Assembly (NCBI GenBank): GCA_023129165.1
Contig: JAGMCL010000133.1
Coordinates: 10,668 to 74,667 of the forward strand
DNA length: 64,000 bases
Origin: a candidate division WOR-3 bacterium
Lineage (GTDB): Bacteria > Hydrothermota > UBA3073
Reading direction: 5' to 3'
Made by a program: the position numbers and the translations under genes. This document shows, in pieces, positions 1 to 10,000 of the stretch (position 1 is its first letter; each line of letters starts with the position of its first letter). Under the pieces are notes generated by a model that was not told the origin of the DNA, made no database searches, and saw only the letters and a program-made list of their open reading frames with translations.

Positions 1-1059
1 TTTAAACTATTCTTTTTTTTATGCATCTATACGGCAAGTTATAATGGTGTGGAGACAGATGTCCCTGTAAAAGAATTTAACGGATATCGATATCTAAGCC
101 TAAAACCAATATCTCAACTTCTGGACAGTAAAATAAATTACCTTCAGAAGAGCGGTAGAATATTCTGGCAAAAGGGAAATCAGAATATAGTACTTACCGA
201 CAAATCACCCTGGATAACAATCAATGGAAAACCCTATAATTTTCCTTTGCCTGTAATAAAGCAAGATGATGAAGTATTTATCTCACCTTCTATGCTTATT
301 CCTCTTCTTAAGAGTAGATTTAATTTATTGGCTGATTTAAGAGATGATGAGATTATTCTTCTCGATAGAAAGATTAAGATTGAAAAAATTGTGATAGATG
401 CTGGACATGGTGGAAAGGACCCTGGTGCAATAGGTCTTAATAAAACAAAAGAAAAGGATGTTGTACTAAAGATATCACTGATCGTAGCTGATGAGTTAAG
501 CAAGTTGGGTGCCAACTGTATCCTGACAAGAGACACCGATGTCTTTATACCTCTCCAGGAAAGGACTGATATTGCCAATAAGAAAGGAGCTGACATCTTT
601 GTTTCAATACACCTGAATGCCTGTAGAAACAGAAATGTCAGAGGATGTGAGGTATATTTTTTATCTAAGGCAAGAACCGATTGGGAAAGGGCTGTTGAGG
701 CAAAAGAAAATAGTGTAATAGAATTTGAAGATAGAGAAATAACACCAGACCTTGAATCAATAATGTGGGACCTTTCACAGGCAGAGCATCTTACTGAATC
801 AAAAGAGCTGGCAGCATTTATACTGGAGTCAATTGTAAAAAGGGCAAAAGTAACATCAAGAGGTGTAAAACAGGCAAATTTCCATGTACTGAGAGGTGCA
901 TATATGCCCGCTGTTCTGGTTGAAGGGGAGCATCTATCATATCCAGAATGTGAAAAAAAATTAAAGGACAGCAATTTCGTAAGAAACATCGCCCTGGGAA
1001 TAGTTGATGGAGTAAAGGAATTTATAGAAGTCTATGAAAAACAAATGAATTATGACTAA
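1..1059 (+). CDS. N-acetylmuramoyl-L-alanine amidase (Amidase_3 type); 5' end probably outside window
   Basis: Reading frame is open from base 1 (no stop before the GTG at 49). IVIDAGHGGKDPGA and SIHLNA motifs are typical of AmiC-type cell-wall amidases. Confidence 0.8.
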   Translation, partial: FKLFFFLCIYTASYNGVETDVPVKEFNGYRYLSLKPISQLLDSKINYLQKSGRIFWQKGNQNIVLTDKSPWITINGKPYNFPLPVIKQDDEVFISPSMLIPLLKSRFNLLADLRDDEIILLDRKIKIEKIVIDAGHGGKDPGAIGLNKTKEKDVVLKISLIVADELSKLGANCILTRDTDVFIPLQERTDIANKKGADIFVSIHLNACRNRNVRGCEVYFLSKARTDWERAVEAKENSVIEFEDREITPDLESIMWDLSQAEHLTESKELAAFILESIVKRAKVTSRGVKQANFHVLRGAYMPAVLVEGEHLSYPECEKKLKDSNFVRNIALGIVDGVKEFIEVYEKQMNYD

Positions 1060-1834
1060 ACCCATTGGTATATTTGATTCAGGAATAGGCGGATTAACTG
1101 TTGCAAGAGAAATTATTACAACTCTTCCAAACGAAGATGTTATCTATTTTGGTGACACTGCAAGAGTTCCATACGGTTCTAAATCGAAAGAGACAATAAC
1201 AAGATTCTCAAAGGAAATTGTAGAATTTCTATTGGAGAAGGGGGTCAAACTTATTGTAGTCGCATGCAACACTGCCTCGAGTAACGCTCTTTCCGAACTT
1301 AAAAGTGTTTATAAGAACATACCATTTGTAGGTGTAATAAACCCAGGAGTTAAGAAGGCACTATCGGTAGCAAACAGGGTTATAGGCATAATCGGTACAA
1401 AGGCTACTATTGGATCTGCTATTTATTCTACTGCTCTCGGGGACAAATACAGGGTAATACAAAAGGCTTGTCCTCTTCTTGTCCCAATTGTGGAGGAGGG
1501 CCTTGTTGAAAAATCCTTTACAGAAGAAATTGTTGAGTTTTATCTTTATTCTCTGAAAAGAGAGCGTGTTGATACTTTAATTTTAGGCTGTACACATTAT
1601 CCAATGTTGAAAAGCGTTATTCAAAACGTTATGGGTTCCGAGGTTAAGCTTGTTGATTCTGCTGTTGAGGTGGCAAGATTCGTTAGAATACTACTTAACA
1701 AGAAAGATATTAAGAATGATTCGAGAACGCCAAAATATAACTTCTATTTCAGTGATATAACTGGTAATCAAAATACATTAGTGGAAAGATTTCTTGGAAG
1801 AAAGGTTGAATTAAGCAAGATTACACTTGATTAA
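1052..1834 (+). CDS. murI: glutamate racemase
   Basis: IGIFDSGIGGLTV, VVACNTAS and LGCTHYP motifs (two catalytic Cys). Start overlaps the amidase stop. Confidence 0.9.
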   Translation: MTKPIGIFDSGIGGLTVAREIITTLPNEDVIYFGDTARVPYGSKSKETITRFSKEIVEFLLEKGVKLIVVACNTASSNALSELKSVYKNIPFVGVINPGVKKALSVANRVIGIIGTKATIGSAIYSTALGDKYRVIQKACPLLVPIVEEGLVEKSFTEEIVEFYLYSLKRERVDTLILGCTHYPMLKSVIQNVMGSEVKLVDSAVEVARFVRILLNKKDIKNDSRTPKYNFYFSDITGNQNTLVERFLGRKVELSKITLD

Positions 1835-1855
1835 ATATCAATAATTTCCTTTATA

Positions 1856-2632
1856 ATGATGCTTTCAAACATTCCCATATTACTTTACCACAGCATATCA
1901 CCATTTGAGGTGAGTGGTATTTGGGTATCAAAAAAAACCTTCAATAAACAAATTGACTGGCTCTTTAAAAATCAATTTAAATGTATTAAAACGAATGACG
2001 TCTTTTCTGAAGTTATTCCACCTAAATCAGTACTTATTACATTCGATGATGCATATAACAATATATATGAAGAAGGAATCCCGATATTACTCAATTATGG
2101 ATTTTCAGCTACATTATTTGTCGTATCGGACTATACAGGGAAAAAAAACACATGGGATGCAGGTTTTGCCAGGCGTACCCATATGGAATGGGACAGACTC
2201 ATTGAACTATCAGGGCTTGGTTTTGAAATCGCCTCTCATACTCACACACATCGGGACCTCACGAGACTTTCAAGTAAGGAGATAAAAGTTGAGATGGAAT
2301 TTTCTAAAAAAATAATAGAAGATAGAATTGGTAAATCTGTTCAATTTCTATCGTATCCTTTTGGGAGACACTCAAAATTAGTTAGAGATTTAGCAAGAGA
2401 TGTGGGATATAAAGCCTGTTTCTCCTCAAACTCTCTGATAAGAGATAGATGGGCAATTGGAAGGATGTGTATAACTTTTATGGATACTATGAAGGATTAT
2501 AGAATCAAACTTCATCCAGAAAGTGGGTCTCTATATAAAATCGAGGGGATAAAATCAAATGCCATAAACTTCCTTTCAAAGGGTACACCTCTATGGAAAA
2601 GTCTTATAGGAGCCAACAAAATAACGATTTAG
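1856..2632 (+). CDS. polysaccharide deacetylase family protein (NodB/CE4-like)
   Basis: ITFDDAY and SHTHTH motifs of NodB-homology deacetylases. Confidence 0.75.
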   Translation: MMLSNIPILLYHSISPFEVSGIWVSKKTFNKQIDWLFKNQFKCIKTNDVFSEVIPPKSVLITFDDAYNNIYEEGIPILLNYGFSATLFVVSDYTGKKNTWDAGFARRTHMEWDRLIELSGLGFEIASHTHTHRDLTRLSSKEIKVEMEFSKKIIEDRIGKSVQFLSYPFGRHSKLVRDLARDVGYKACFSSNSLIRDRWAIGRMCITFMDTMKDYRIKLHPESGSLYKIEGIKSNAINFLSKGTPLWKSLIGANKITI

Positions 2633-2847
2633 ATTAATTAGTTTCTTCTACAGAGTGGAGTGCATTACCTTGGTAATGCTAAAATTACCGATATGTTCTA
2701 TGCTATTATGGCAAAAGCTCACAGAATGGAAAAGAGTAAATAAATTATGTTCGTGAAATCTATGTTAATCAGTGAAATCAGTGGCTCGTTTTTTAATCTT
2801 TGATTTTTAATATTTGATATTTTATTTTACTTTTTATAGGGGGTTCT

Positions 2848-3381
2848 ATGAAGGTTATAATTGGGTCAGACCATAGGGGATTTAATATAAAAAAATTAGT
2901 GAAGAAAACGTTGAAAGCTAAAAAGATAGAGTATGAAGATATTGGTGTATCAAGTACCAAATCTGTTGATTATCCGGATATTGCATTCCAACTTACAGAA
3001 CATGTGACTAAAGGTGAATTCGAAAGGGGAATACTTATATGCAATACTGGTATAGGTATGAGTATTTCGGCAAATAAGATTAAAGGTATCTATGCTGCAT
3101 TGTGCCTTACCCCGGATATGGCGGAATGGGCAAGGAAACACAATAATGCCAATATAATGACTCTATCAGGTGCATATACAAACCCTGATGAACTTGAAAA
3201 CATGCTCACTATATTTCTGGAAACAGAATTCGAAGGTAAAAGACACGAAAAAAGACTTAATAAGATAATTGAAAAAGAAAATGAATTAATACCAAAGAAT
3301 GAGATTGAAAAATTAGAAAAAAAACTCAAGAAATGGGAAAAAGAGGCACATCACTGGAAGTCCCGCGCCTGGAGAAGATGA
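2848..3381 (+). CDS. rpiB: ribose-5-phosphate isomerase B (RpiB/LacA/LacB family) with Lys/Glu-rich C-terminal tail
   Basis: MKVIIGSDHRG and ICNTGIGMSISANK signatures. GGGGG-rich RBS upstream. Extra ~35 aa charged tail. Confidence 0.85.
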   Translation: MKVIIGSDHRGFNIKKLVKKTLKAKKIEYEDIGVSSTKSVDYPDIAFQLTEHVTKGEFERGILICNTGIGMSISANKIKGIYAALCLTPDMAEWARKHNNANIMTLSGAYTNPDELENMLTIFLETEFEGKRHEKRLNKIIEKENELIPKNEIEKLEKKLKKWEKEAHHWKSRAWRR

Positions 3382-3443
3382 CACACAGGATTGACGAATG
3401 TTGTGAAATGTTAAATGTTTAATGTTAAATGTTTGATGTTGAA

Positions 3444-3538
3444 GGTAGGAGCGACTTCCTAGTCGCGATAGAAGAAACAAGGTAGGAGCACAACGTCCTC
3501 GTTGCGATTGTTAGGAGCCCCGCCAAAGGCGGGGCGAT
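3444..3538 (+). repeat. three tandem REP-like hairpins (GGTAGGAG-stem-loop-stem-CGAT), three different stems
   Basis: ggtaggaGCGACttcctaGTCGCgat (3444-3469), ggtaggaGCAcAACGtcctCGTTGCgat (3481-3508), gttaggaGCCCCGCCaaaGGCGGGGCgat (3510-3538). Located in the convergent gap between rpiB and the TPR gene. Confidence 0.8.
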
Positions 3539-3629
3539 AAAAGGAATGTTCAATGTTGATTGACGATTGACTTTATCCTTTAACCTTTTTACTTTTTCCT
3601 TTTGAACAGACCCAATGACTATTCTTATC

Positions 3630-4358
3630 TTACTCCATCTCCTGAATATCTATCTGAATATCAGGTGGAATAGCAGTGGATGATACAGCACCCATTCCCT
3701 CAAGAAATGCTATTTTTTCTTCAGCTTCTTTAGCAACATCAGTATTTGCAAATGTACTAACCACACCCCTTAAAACCTCTTTTGCACCCTCAATATCTCC
3801 GCTTGTTTCTTTCAAATCAGCCAGTTCCATAAGTGCTACCTCTGCAAAGTATGAGTGGGAAAATTTCTCTGCTGTTTCCTGGTAAGACTCCATTGCTTCA
3901 TCTACTTGACCGAGCTGAGTCTTGCATGAAGCTATGCCAAGAAGGGCAGCAGGAGTAAGGATAGGATCCTTGTATATTGATAAAAATTCCTCGAAGTATT
4001 TTATTGCCTCATCTGGTTGTCCCTGGAGTTGCATCAAATGTCCTGTATAATATACTGCCTTCTTTCCCGCGGGAGTATTACTGAAATTACTCCTTACTGT
4101 TTCAAATTCCATATATGCATCTTGAAAATCACCCCTAACATATGCAAGCTCTGCCTGCATTAGTTTACTATCTGCCCTATCCCTGATACCTCGTCTATAG
4201 TTCTGGTAGTAAGGAACTGCAATTAATATAACGGCTATAAAAACAACTATACCACCAATAATCTTCTTATGATGTCTTGCATATATCATAAACTCTACTG
4301 TTGAATCCAGGAATCTATCATGTTTGAGTTCTTTCTTGGTTATCTTGTGCTTTGTCAT
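3630..4358 (-). CDS. membrane-anchored tetratricopeptide-repeat protein (YfgM-like)
   Basis: N-terminal TM helix (IIGGIVVFIAVILIAVPYY) followed by TPR-like A/Y/G-patterned helices. Confidence 0.55.
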   Translation of the reverse strand: MTKHKITKKELKHDRFLDSTVEFMIYARHHKKIIGGIVVFIAVILIAVPYYQNYRRGIRDRADSKLMQAELAYVRGDFQDAYMEFETVRSNFSNTPAGKKAVYYTGHLMQLQGQPDEAIKYFEEFLSIYKDPILTPAALLGIASCKTQLGQVDEAMESYQETAEKFSHSYFAEVALMELADLKETSGDIEGAKEVLRGVVSTFANTDVAKEAEEKIAFLEGMGAVSSTAIPPDIQIDIQEME

Positions 4359-4468
4359 GTATCCTCCTTAATATTATATTGGTATTGTCAAAAATTTTTA
4401 TGGATTTTCTCTTAATCCACTGTTTTTTATATAGTTATCAATTTTTAACCTGCCTCCCCCGAATTCTT

Positions 4469-4611
4469 GTAGGGGTCGGATTCATCCAACCCTGATTCTT
4501 GTAGGGGTCGGATTCCTGCCCGACGTCAGACGGGTATCCGACCCGTTTCTATCGTATTTCTTTCTGTTTAGAAGGGGACTTATTTGTGGGTTCGATAAAT
4601 CGAACCCCTAC
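4469..4611. repeat. REP-like hairpins with GTAGGGG head (two forward, one reverse)
   Basis: gtagGGGTCGGATtcatcCAACCCtgat (4469-4496), gtagGGGTCGGAT...ATCCGACCCgtttctatcg (4501-4564), reverse copy gtGGGTTCGATaaATCGAACCCctac (4586-4611). All lie in the 5' UTR region of the TPR gene. Confidence 0.7.
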
Positions 4612-4679
4612 ATTTTCGTTTTCATATTCTATTTGACACTACCACTATATTCCCAAAATATAAATCTATAAAGAGGTTT

Positions 4680-4708
4680 ATTATACCATATTATTACTAA
4701 AAAGTCAA
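4680..4708 (-). promoter_or_regulatory. sigma70-type promoter (TTGACT - 17 bp - TGgTATAAT)
   Basis: Reverse complement reads cTTGACTttttagtaataatatggTATAAT. Lies just downstream of the guaA stop and ~320 nt upstream of the TPR gene. Confidence 0.6.
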
Positions 4709-4733
4709 GAAAATCTTACATACTTATTTTAAT

Positions 4734-6260
4734 TTATTCCCACTCCATTGTAGAAGGTGGTTTATTAGAAATATCATAAACTACTCTATTGACTTCGCTG
4801 ATTTCATTCGTGATTCTCGTAGAAATTTTTTCTAATATATTGTAGGGTATCCTGGCAAAATTGGCTGTCATTGCGTCCCTTGATTCTACAATTCTAATTA
4901 CAATTGGATATCTATAGCTCCGTGAGTCTCCCTGGATTCCAACACTTTTTATTGGTAACAAAACTGCAAATGCCATCCAGACCTTGTCATAAATACTGGC
5001 TTCCTTTAGTTCTTCTGAAATAATAAAACTGGCTTTTCTAACAATCTCTACCCTTTCAGGAGTTACTTTACCAACGATTCTTACAGCCAATCCAGGACCA
5101 GGAAAAACATGTCTTTTAATAATCTCTTCAGACAAATCCAATTCCTTAGCAAGTTTCTTTACCTCATCTTTGTATAAATCTCTCAGTGGTTCATAAACTT
5201 CTAATTTCATATCATCTGGAAGACCACCAACATTATGATGTGATTTAATCTTAGATGAGTGCTTTGTCACTCCACTTTCAATTCTGTCTGAATAAATTGT
5301 CCCCTGAATTAAAATTTCTGCATTTTCTCTCTGTGCAACCTCATCAAATATATCGACAAACAATTTTCCTATAACTTTTCTTTTCTCTTCAGGTTCAACA
5401 ATTCCCTTTAATACCTTGAAAAATCTATTTCGTGCCTTTATAATCTTTAAGTTCATATCGGATTTAGAAAATATTCGTCTAACGAATTCTGTATCTTTAT
5501 ATCTCATTAAACCTGAATCAACATATACAGCAGTCAGGTTCTTGCCTATCACCCTACTTACGAGAAGAGCAGCAGTTGCAGAGTCAATCCCCCCGGATAA
5601 ACCAATTATTGCCTTTCTATTACCTATTGTCTTTTTTATCTCCTCTCTAATCTTTTCTACCATACATGACATATCCCAATCCTTTTCAGCCTTACATATC
5701 CCAAATACAAAATTCTTTAGTATCCTATCACCATTTACGGTATGAGTAACCTCTGGATGAAATTGAACTCCATAGATTTTCTTCTCTTTATTTTCGAAAA
5801 CTGCAATAGGTGAATTGGTTGTCGACGCTATGGTGGAATAATCTTCTGGTAAATTTATAACAACATCTTTATGATTCATCCAGACACTCTCTATAGGACC
5901 CAGACCGTCAAGCAATCTACTTTCTCTCGATGTCTTAAGATCTGTTAAACCATATTCACCATGTTTTCCAGAAATCACACCTCCATTATCGAGATAAGCA
6001 ATTAATTGATGTCCATAGCAGATACCTAAAATTGGAATATCTAAATCTAATATCTTCTTATCATATTTCGGGGAAGAGGAGTCATAAACTGAGGCTGCAC
6101 CCCCTGAAAGAATTACTCCCTTCAAGCCCCCAATTTTTCTTATATCATCAATTGGAGTGCTTGTTGGTAAAACCTCAGAATAAACACCAATATCCCTGAT
6201 TCTTCTTGATATCAGGTGACAATATTGTCCCCCAAAATCTAATACAATAATCCTGTCCAT
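4734..6260 (-). CDS. guaA: GMP synthase (glutamine-hydrolysing)
   Basis: GATase (ILGICYGHQL), ATP-PPase SGGIDS loop and C-terminal dimerisation domain ending PPSTMEWE. Start placed at MDRIIVLDFGGQY (codon 19 of the track ORF), which avoids overlap with the upstream gene. Confidence 0.92.
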   Translation of the reverse strand: MDRIIVLDFGGQYCHLISRRIRDIGVYSEVLPTSTPIDDIRKIGGLKGVILSGGAASVYDSSSPKYDKKILDLDIPILGICYGHQLIAYLDNGGVISGKHGEYGLTDLKTSRESRLLDGLGPIESVWMNHKDVVINLPEDYSTIASTTNSPIAVFENKEKKIYGVQFHPEVTHTVNGDRILKNFVFGICKAEKDWDMSCMVEKIREEIKKTIGNRKAIIGLSGGIDSATAALLVSRVIGKNLTAVYVDSGLMRYKDTEFVRRIFSKSDMNLKIIKARNRFFKVLKGIVEPEEKRKVIGKLFVDIFDEVAQRENAEILIQGTIYSDRIESGVTKHSSKIKSHHNVGGLPDDMKLEVYEPLRDLYKDEVKKLAKELDLSEEIIKRHVFPGPGLAVRIVGKVTPERVEIVRKASFIISEELKEASIYDKVWMAFAVLLPIKSVGIQGDSRSYRYPIVIRIVESRDAMTANFARIPYNILEKISTRITNEISEVNRVVYDISNKPPSTMEWE

Positions 6261-6282
6261 ATTACTATTCCTCCACAAATTA

Positions 6283-6588
6283 TTATTGCACGACATCCCC
6301 CATCTTCTTTCCATGCCTGTAGGGTCTTTTTTTATTTTTCTCCATCTTCTTTTCTATTTCCTTCTTTATATCAATATCAAGTGTCCCACATATGTCGAAA
6401 AGCCTTATGAATATATCAGCAATCTCTTCATTGAAACCTTTTCTATCATCATTGCGGAAACACTGTGCTGCTTCAGAAACTTCAGTCACAACAAGCATCA
6501 ATTTCTCAAGCATATTATCCCATGTTGTGATAAAACCCTTTTTCTCTCTCCAGGTTGCTATCTCTTTAGCAAGCTTGTTCATATCCAT
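6283..6588 (-). CDS. MazG-like nucleotide pyrophosphohydrolase domain protein
   Basis: EVSEA ... EEIADIFIRLFDI ... KMEKNKKR pattern of small MazG-family proteins. Start chosen at MDMNKL after a G-rich RBS. Confidence 0.65.
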   Translation of the reverse strand: MDMNKLAKEIATWREKKGFITTWDNMLEKLMLVVTEVSEAAQCFRNDDRKGFNEEIADIFIRLFDICGTLDIDIKKEIEKKMEKNKKRPYRHGKKMGDVVQ

Positions 6589-6759
6589 AATCCCCCTTCC
6601 CTTCAAGACTAAAGACATAAGACCACAGACCGAAGACCAACTAAAAAATTACAATATTTCATAGCAGTATTCAAATCCACTTTCCACATCCCACATTACA
6701 CATTTCACATTAAACATTCCCTTTATCACTAATCAACTAATTAACTATTCAACTCTTTT

Positions 6760-6853
6760 ATCGTCCCGCCTTTGGCGGGGCTCCTACATATTTTCGCAAC
6801 GAGGACGTTGCTCCTACCCGCCCTTTTTGTAGGAGGGGTTTCCTAACCCCGAT
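6760..6853. repeat. BIME-like cluster: two reverse REP-like units plus one forward unit, head to head
   Basis: atcgtCCCGCCtttGGCGGGgctcctac (6760-6787), tcGCAACGaggaCGTTGCtcctac (6794-6817), gtaggaGGGGTTtcctAACCCCgat (6829-6853). The same trio architecture recurs at 42692-42754. Confidence 0.8.
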
Positions 6854-6900
6854 TAACCAGCATGGGAATTCATTGCGACTTGCCTGCCTACTGGCAGGCA

Positions 6901-6984
6901 GGCGACAGGTAGATACAATTGCTTTCCAATATCATTTAACCTAATCAACCAATTAACTATTCAACTAATCAACTCTTATCTCAT
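6901..6984 (+). repeat. 85-bp dispersed intergenic module (copies at 46437-46521 and, partial, 20628-20682)
   Basis: ggcgacaggtagatacaattgctttccaatatcatttaacctaatcaaccaattaactattcaactaatcaactcttatctcatt is near-identical at the three loci. Confidence 0.8.
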
Positions 6985-7013
6985 TCAACATTAAACATTA
7001 AACATTTAACATT

Positions 7014-10000
7014 TCATCCAACTTGTCTAACTATTCCTTTATCAAGATAAAAAAGATAAGCTCTAATATCCCTCTCTGGAAAAATTAAATTCATACCTTC
7101 TCTATACTCCTTGAGTTGTTTTATATCCTCATCCTTTTCCTCCCCGGTTTTATAATCAATAATTGTTATCTTACTGGGTTCAATTAGAAGGCGGTCAATC
7201 TTAATTGATACATCCCTTTTCCCTTTTTCATAGTAGACAGGAACTTCTACCTTCAATCTTACATCCTTGTCTCCTTTATTGAATGCGAACTGGAAATCAG
7301 GGAATGTGAGTGTATTATATATAATTTCTCTTACCTTCTCCTCAATCAACCTTTCATCTTCTTCCTTTCGAACGTAGATAGATTTCGCATATTCTAATAG
7401 ACTTGAGATTACCTCATTTATGTCTCTACCGTCAAGCCACTCCAACCTTGAAAGAGTATCGTGAACGATATTGCCAAATTCAATTTTCTCCTGCCTCTCT
7501 GGGGTTACAATCTCAACCCCCCTTTCTGTGGGTGAATAGAGCTCTCTTTCTTCTTTAATAGAACGAACTCCCTTCCCATTTGCCTTTTGCCATTTACCAT
7601 TTGCCATTTCCTTTCTTCCCCCTTCTCCCATTACCTTTGCCTTTTGCCATTTACCATTTGCCATTTCCTCTCTTCCCTCTTCTCCTTTTTCCTTTGCCTT
7701 TTGCCATTTACCATTTGCCATTTCCTCTCTTCCCTCTTCTACCTTCCCAACATAATATGGACATTCAACATTCCCCTTAATAAAATCAAACCAGGTAAAT
7801 ATACTCTTCCTGTTTTGCCAGTCAAATCCAAGTATATATAAACCGTTTACTGCCCTTGTTAATGCTACATAGAGCACCTTTTTCTCATCCTCTATAACCC
7901 TCTTTATACTTGCTTCTTTAATCTCTGGAAATAGACTGCCCATTCTTGCCCAGTATACTTTGTCAGGTTCAATACTCCCCTCTTCATAATAATAAAGGAG
8001 TAATCTGTCCTCCTCCTTGAGACCCCATACTGTATCCGGAATTATTACAACGGGAAACTCGAGACCCTTCGCCTTATGGATAGTTAAAATCCTTATCCCC
8101 TCACCTTCTATGTCCTGAACTGCAATACTTTCACCAATTAACTCTACCCAATCTATAAAAGAACTCAAGGGATTAAATCCATCATGAGTATATAAAAGCG
8201 CTGCCTGAAGCAATGCAGCAATCGAACCGCTGATTGTAAATTCTAATTCCTTACAAATTTTATATACTATTTCATAAGGAGTTGAGAATCCCACTATAGA
8301 AAGAAGTTTATTTAACTTCTTAGATACATCCCAATCCGGATGCTCATCAACAAGTGAGAGATAGAGCGACTTTTTACCTTTTCCCTTATCTTTTATCCTC
8401 CTTAAAGTATTTTCCTTCAAACCAAAAGATGGGGATAGAAGCACACAGGAAAGAGAAAAATCATCCTCCGGGCACTCGAGGAATTTGAGAAGGTTTATTA
8501 TTGTTTTTGTATCTTCTCTGGAAAAGAGATTCGCCTTAGATTCACTTATACAGGGAATGCCTTCACTATCAAGTAAATCGGTCATTGCTATCCCAAACTT
8601 ATTTTCCCTGACAAGTATTGCAATGTCATCATATTTATAACCCTCCTCTATTAATCCTTTAATAATCTCTACGGTTCTTCTTCTTGATTCTTCTCTACCT
8701 TCATTAATACTATAATCTCCGACACTCTCAAAACTAATCCATCCGCCCTTGTTATTCTTTTCATATATGTCATTTCTCTTGAATAACCTGTTTACAAACT
8801 CTACTATAGCACTTTTGCTCCTATGGTTTACCTTAAGTGTTTCCTCGACAATTTTTCCCTCATATTCTTTCTTTACAAAATCAAAAAGTTTTGCCTCTCC
8901 CCCACGCCAGCGGAAAACTGCCTGATTAGGATCACCTACATAAAAAAGAGTTTTTTCTCCAGCTCCGTATGATGTAATCTCATCAACAAGAGGTTTCAAT
9001 ACCTCCCATTGTCTGATACTGGTATCCTGGAACTCATCAATCATAAGATGGTCTATTGTAGCTCCAATCTTGAAATACAGATAATCTGTTCCGCCCATAA
9101 GTGCCTTCTCGGCAAATCTCTCAATATCATCAAATGTAATAAGGTTACGACTGAGCTTCTCTGCCTGCAGCATCTTCTCAATCTCCAATATAGGTCTTAT
9201 ATGAACAAACAATTCCCAATCAGATAAGGTTACACAGAGTAAATTAAGACTCATTCTTAGCTTATCTACAATCATATAAAACCTTTTTTCTTTATCTCTA
9301 AGTCTATCCACAAACTTCTTGAAATAAGTTTTTGACAAAGGATTGCCCTTTATCCATAATTCCCCAACTTCTTTCCAACTGTCTTCATTGATAAACAATT
9401 GAAGTTTTTGAATGAAATTGTCCATATATTTATCCATCTTACCTTTGGCTGTATAGGCACACTCGGCATTCTCGTTCATGAATATCATAAATTCATCTAT
9501 CACACGCCTGAATTGAGCCTCTTTTTCCTTTATCTCTCTCTTTATTACTTCTATCTCATCAATATTATCCCTTATTAATCTAATATTACTTCTCACATTT
9601 TTAAATATACTGAGTATACTCTCCTTAATTCTTCTTTCGTCATTCCTGACAAGGTCAAATATCGCCTTTCTATAGTCTTCCATTTTAAGTGCCTTCTCAA
9701 AGAATCCATCAAGAACCTCATCAATTATAATATTTTCCTCTGTTTCATTAATAATATCATAACCGGGAAGAATGCCGGCTTCAAATGGCAAGGTTGATAG
9801 GAAACTTGCAAATAGGGAGTGAAATGTATCTATGTTCAGGGAAGTTAGATTGTCAAATAAATTCTTCCTCTTCTCCTTGATAAATTTTTGTCTGTCTCTA
9901 AATATTTTTTGGATCTCAATTTCATCGGGTTTTATTGGATTATCGTTTACAAGGACATTCAGATAATTTATTATTCTTTCTTTCATCTCCAGTGTCGCTT

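Noticed and set aside
3395-3440. dif/Xer recombination site. The AACATT word arrays contain ATGTTAAAT, identical to the core of the E. coli XerD arm, and this copy lies at the convergent strand switch.
   Set aside because: No paired XerC-type arm with a 6-bp central region could be found. The same word array also occurs in at least seven other intergenic regions (for example 6985-7013, 10314-10345, 21598-21715, 39122-39160, 41390-41432 and 42798-42835), so it is not a unique site.
4586-4611. tRNA fragment or T-arm-like sequence (GGGTTCGATaaATCGAACCC).
   Set aside because: It is only a single hairpin with a CTAC/GTAG flank. There are no acceptor, D or anticodon arms, so it fits the REP-like family instead.
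6261-6314. The 18-codon N-terminal extension of guaA (MERRWGMSCNNNLWRNSN) in the track ORF.
   Set aside because: It overlaps the 3' end of the MazG-like gene. GMP synthases begin with the conserved M-x-I-I-V-L-D-F-G block found at codon 19.
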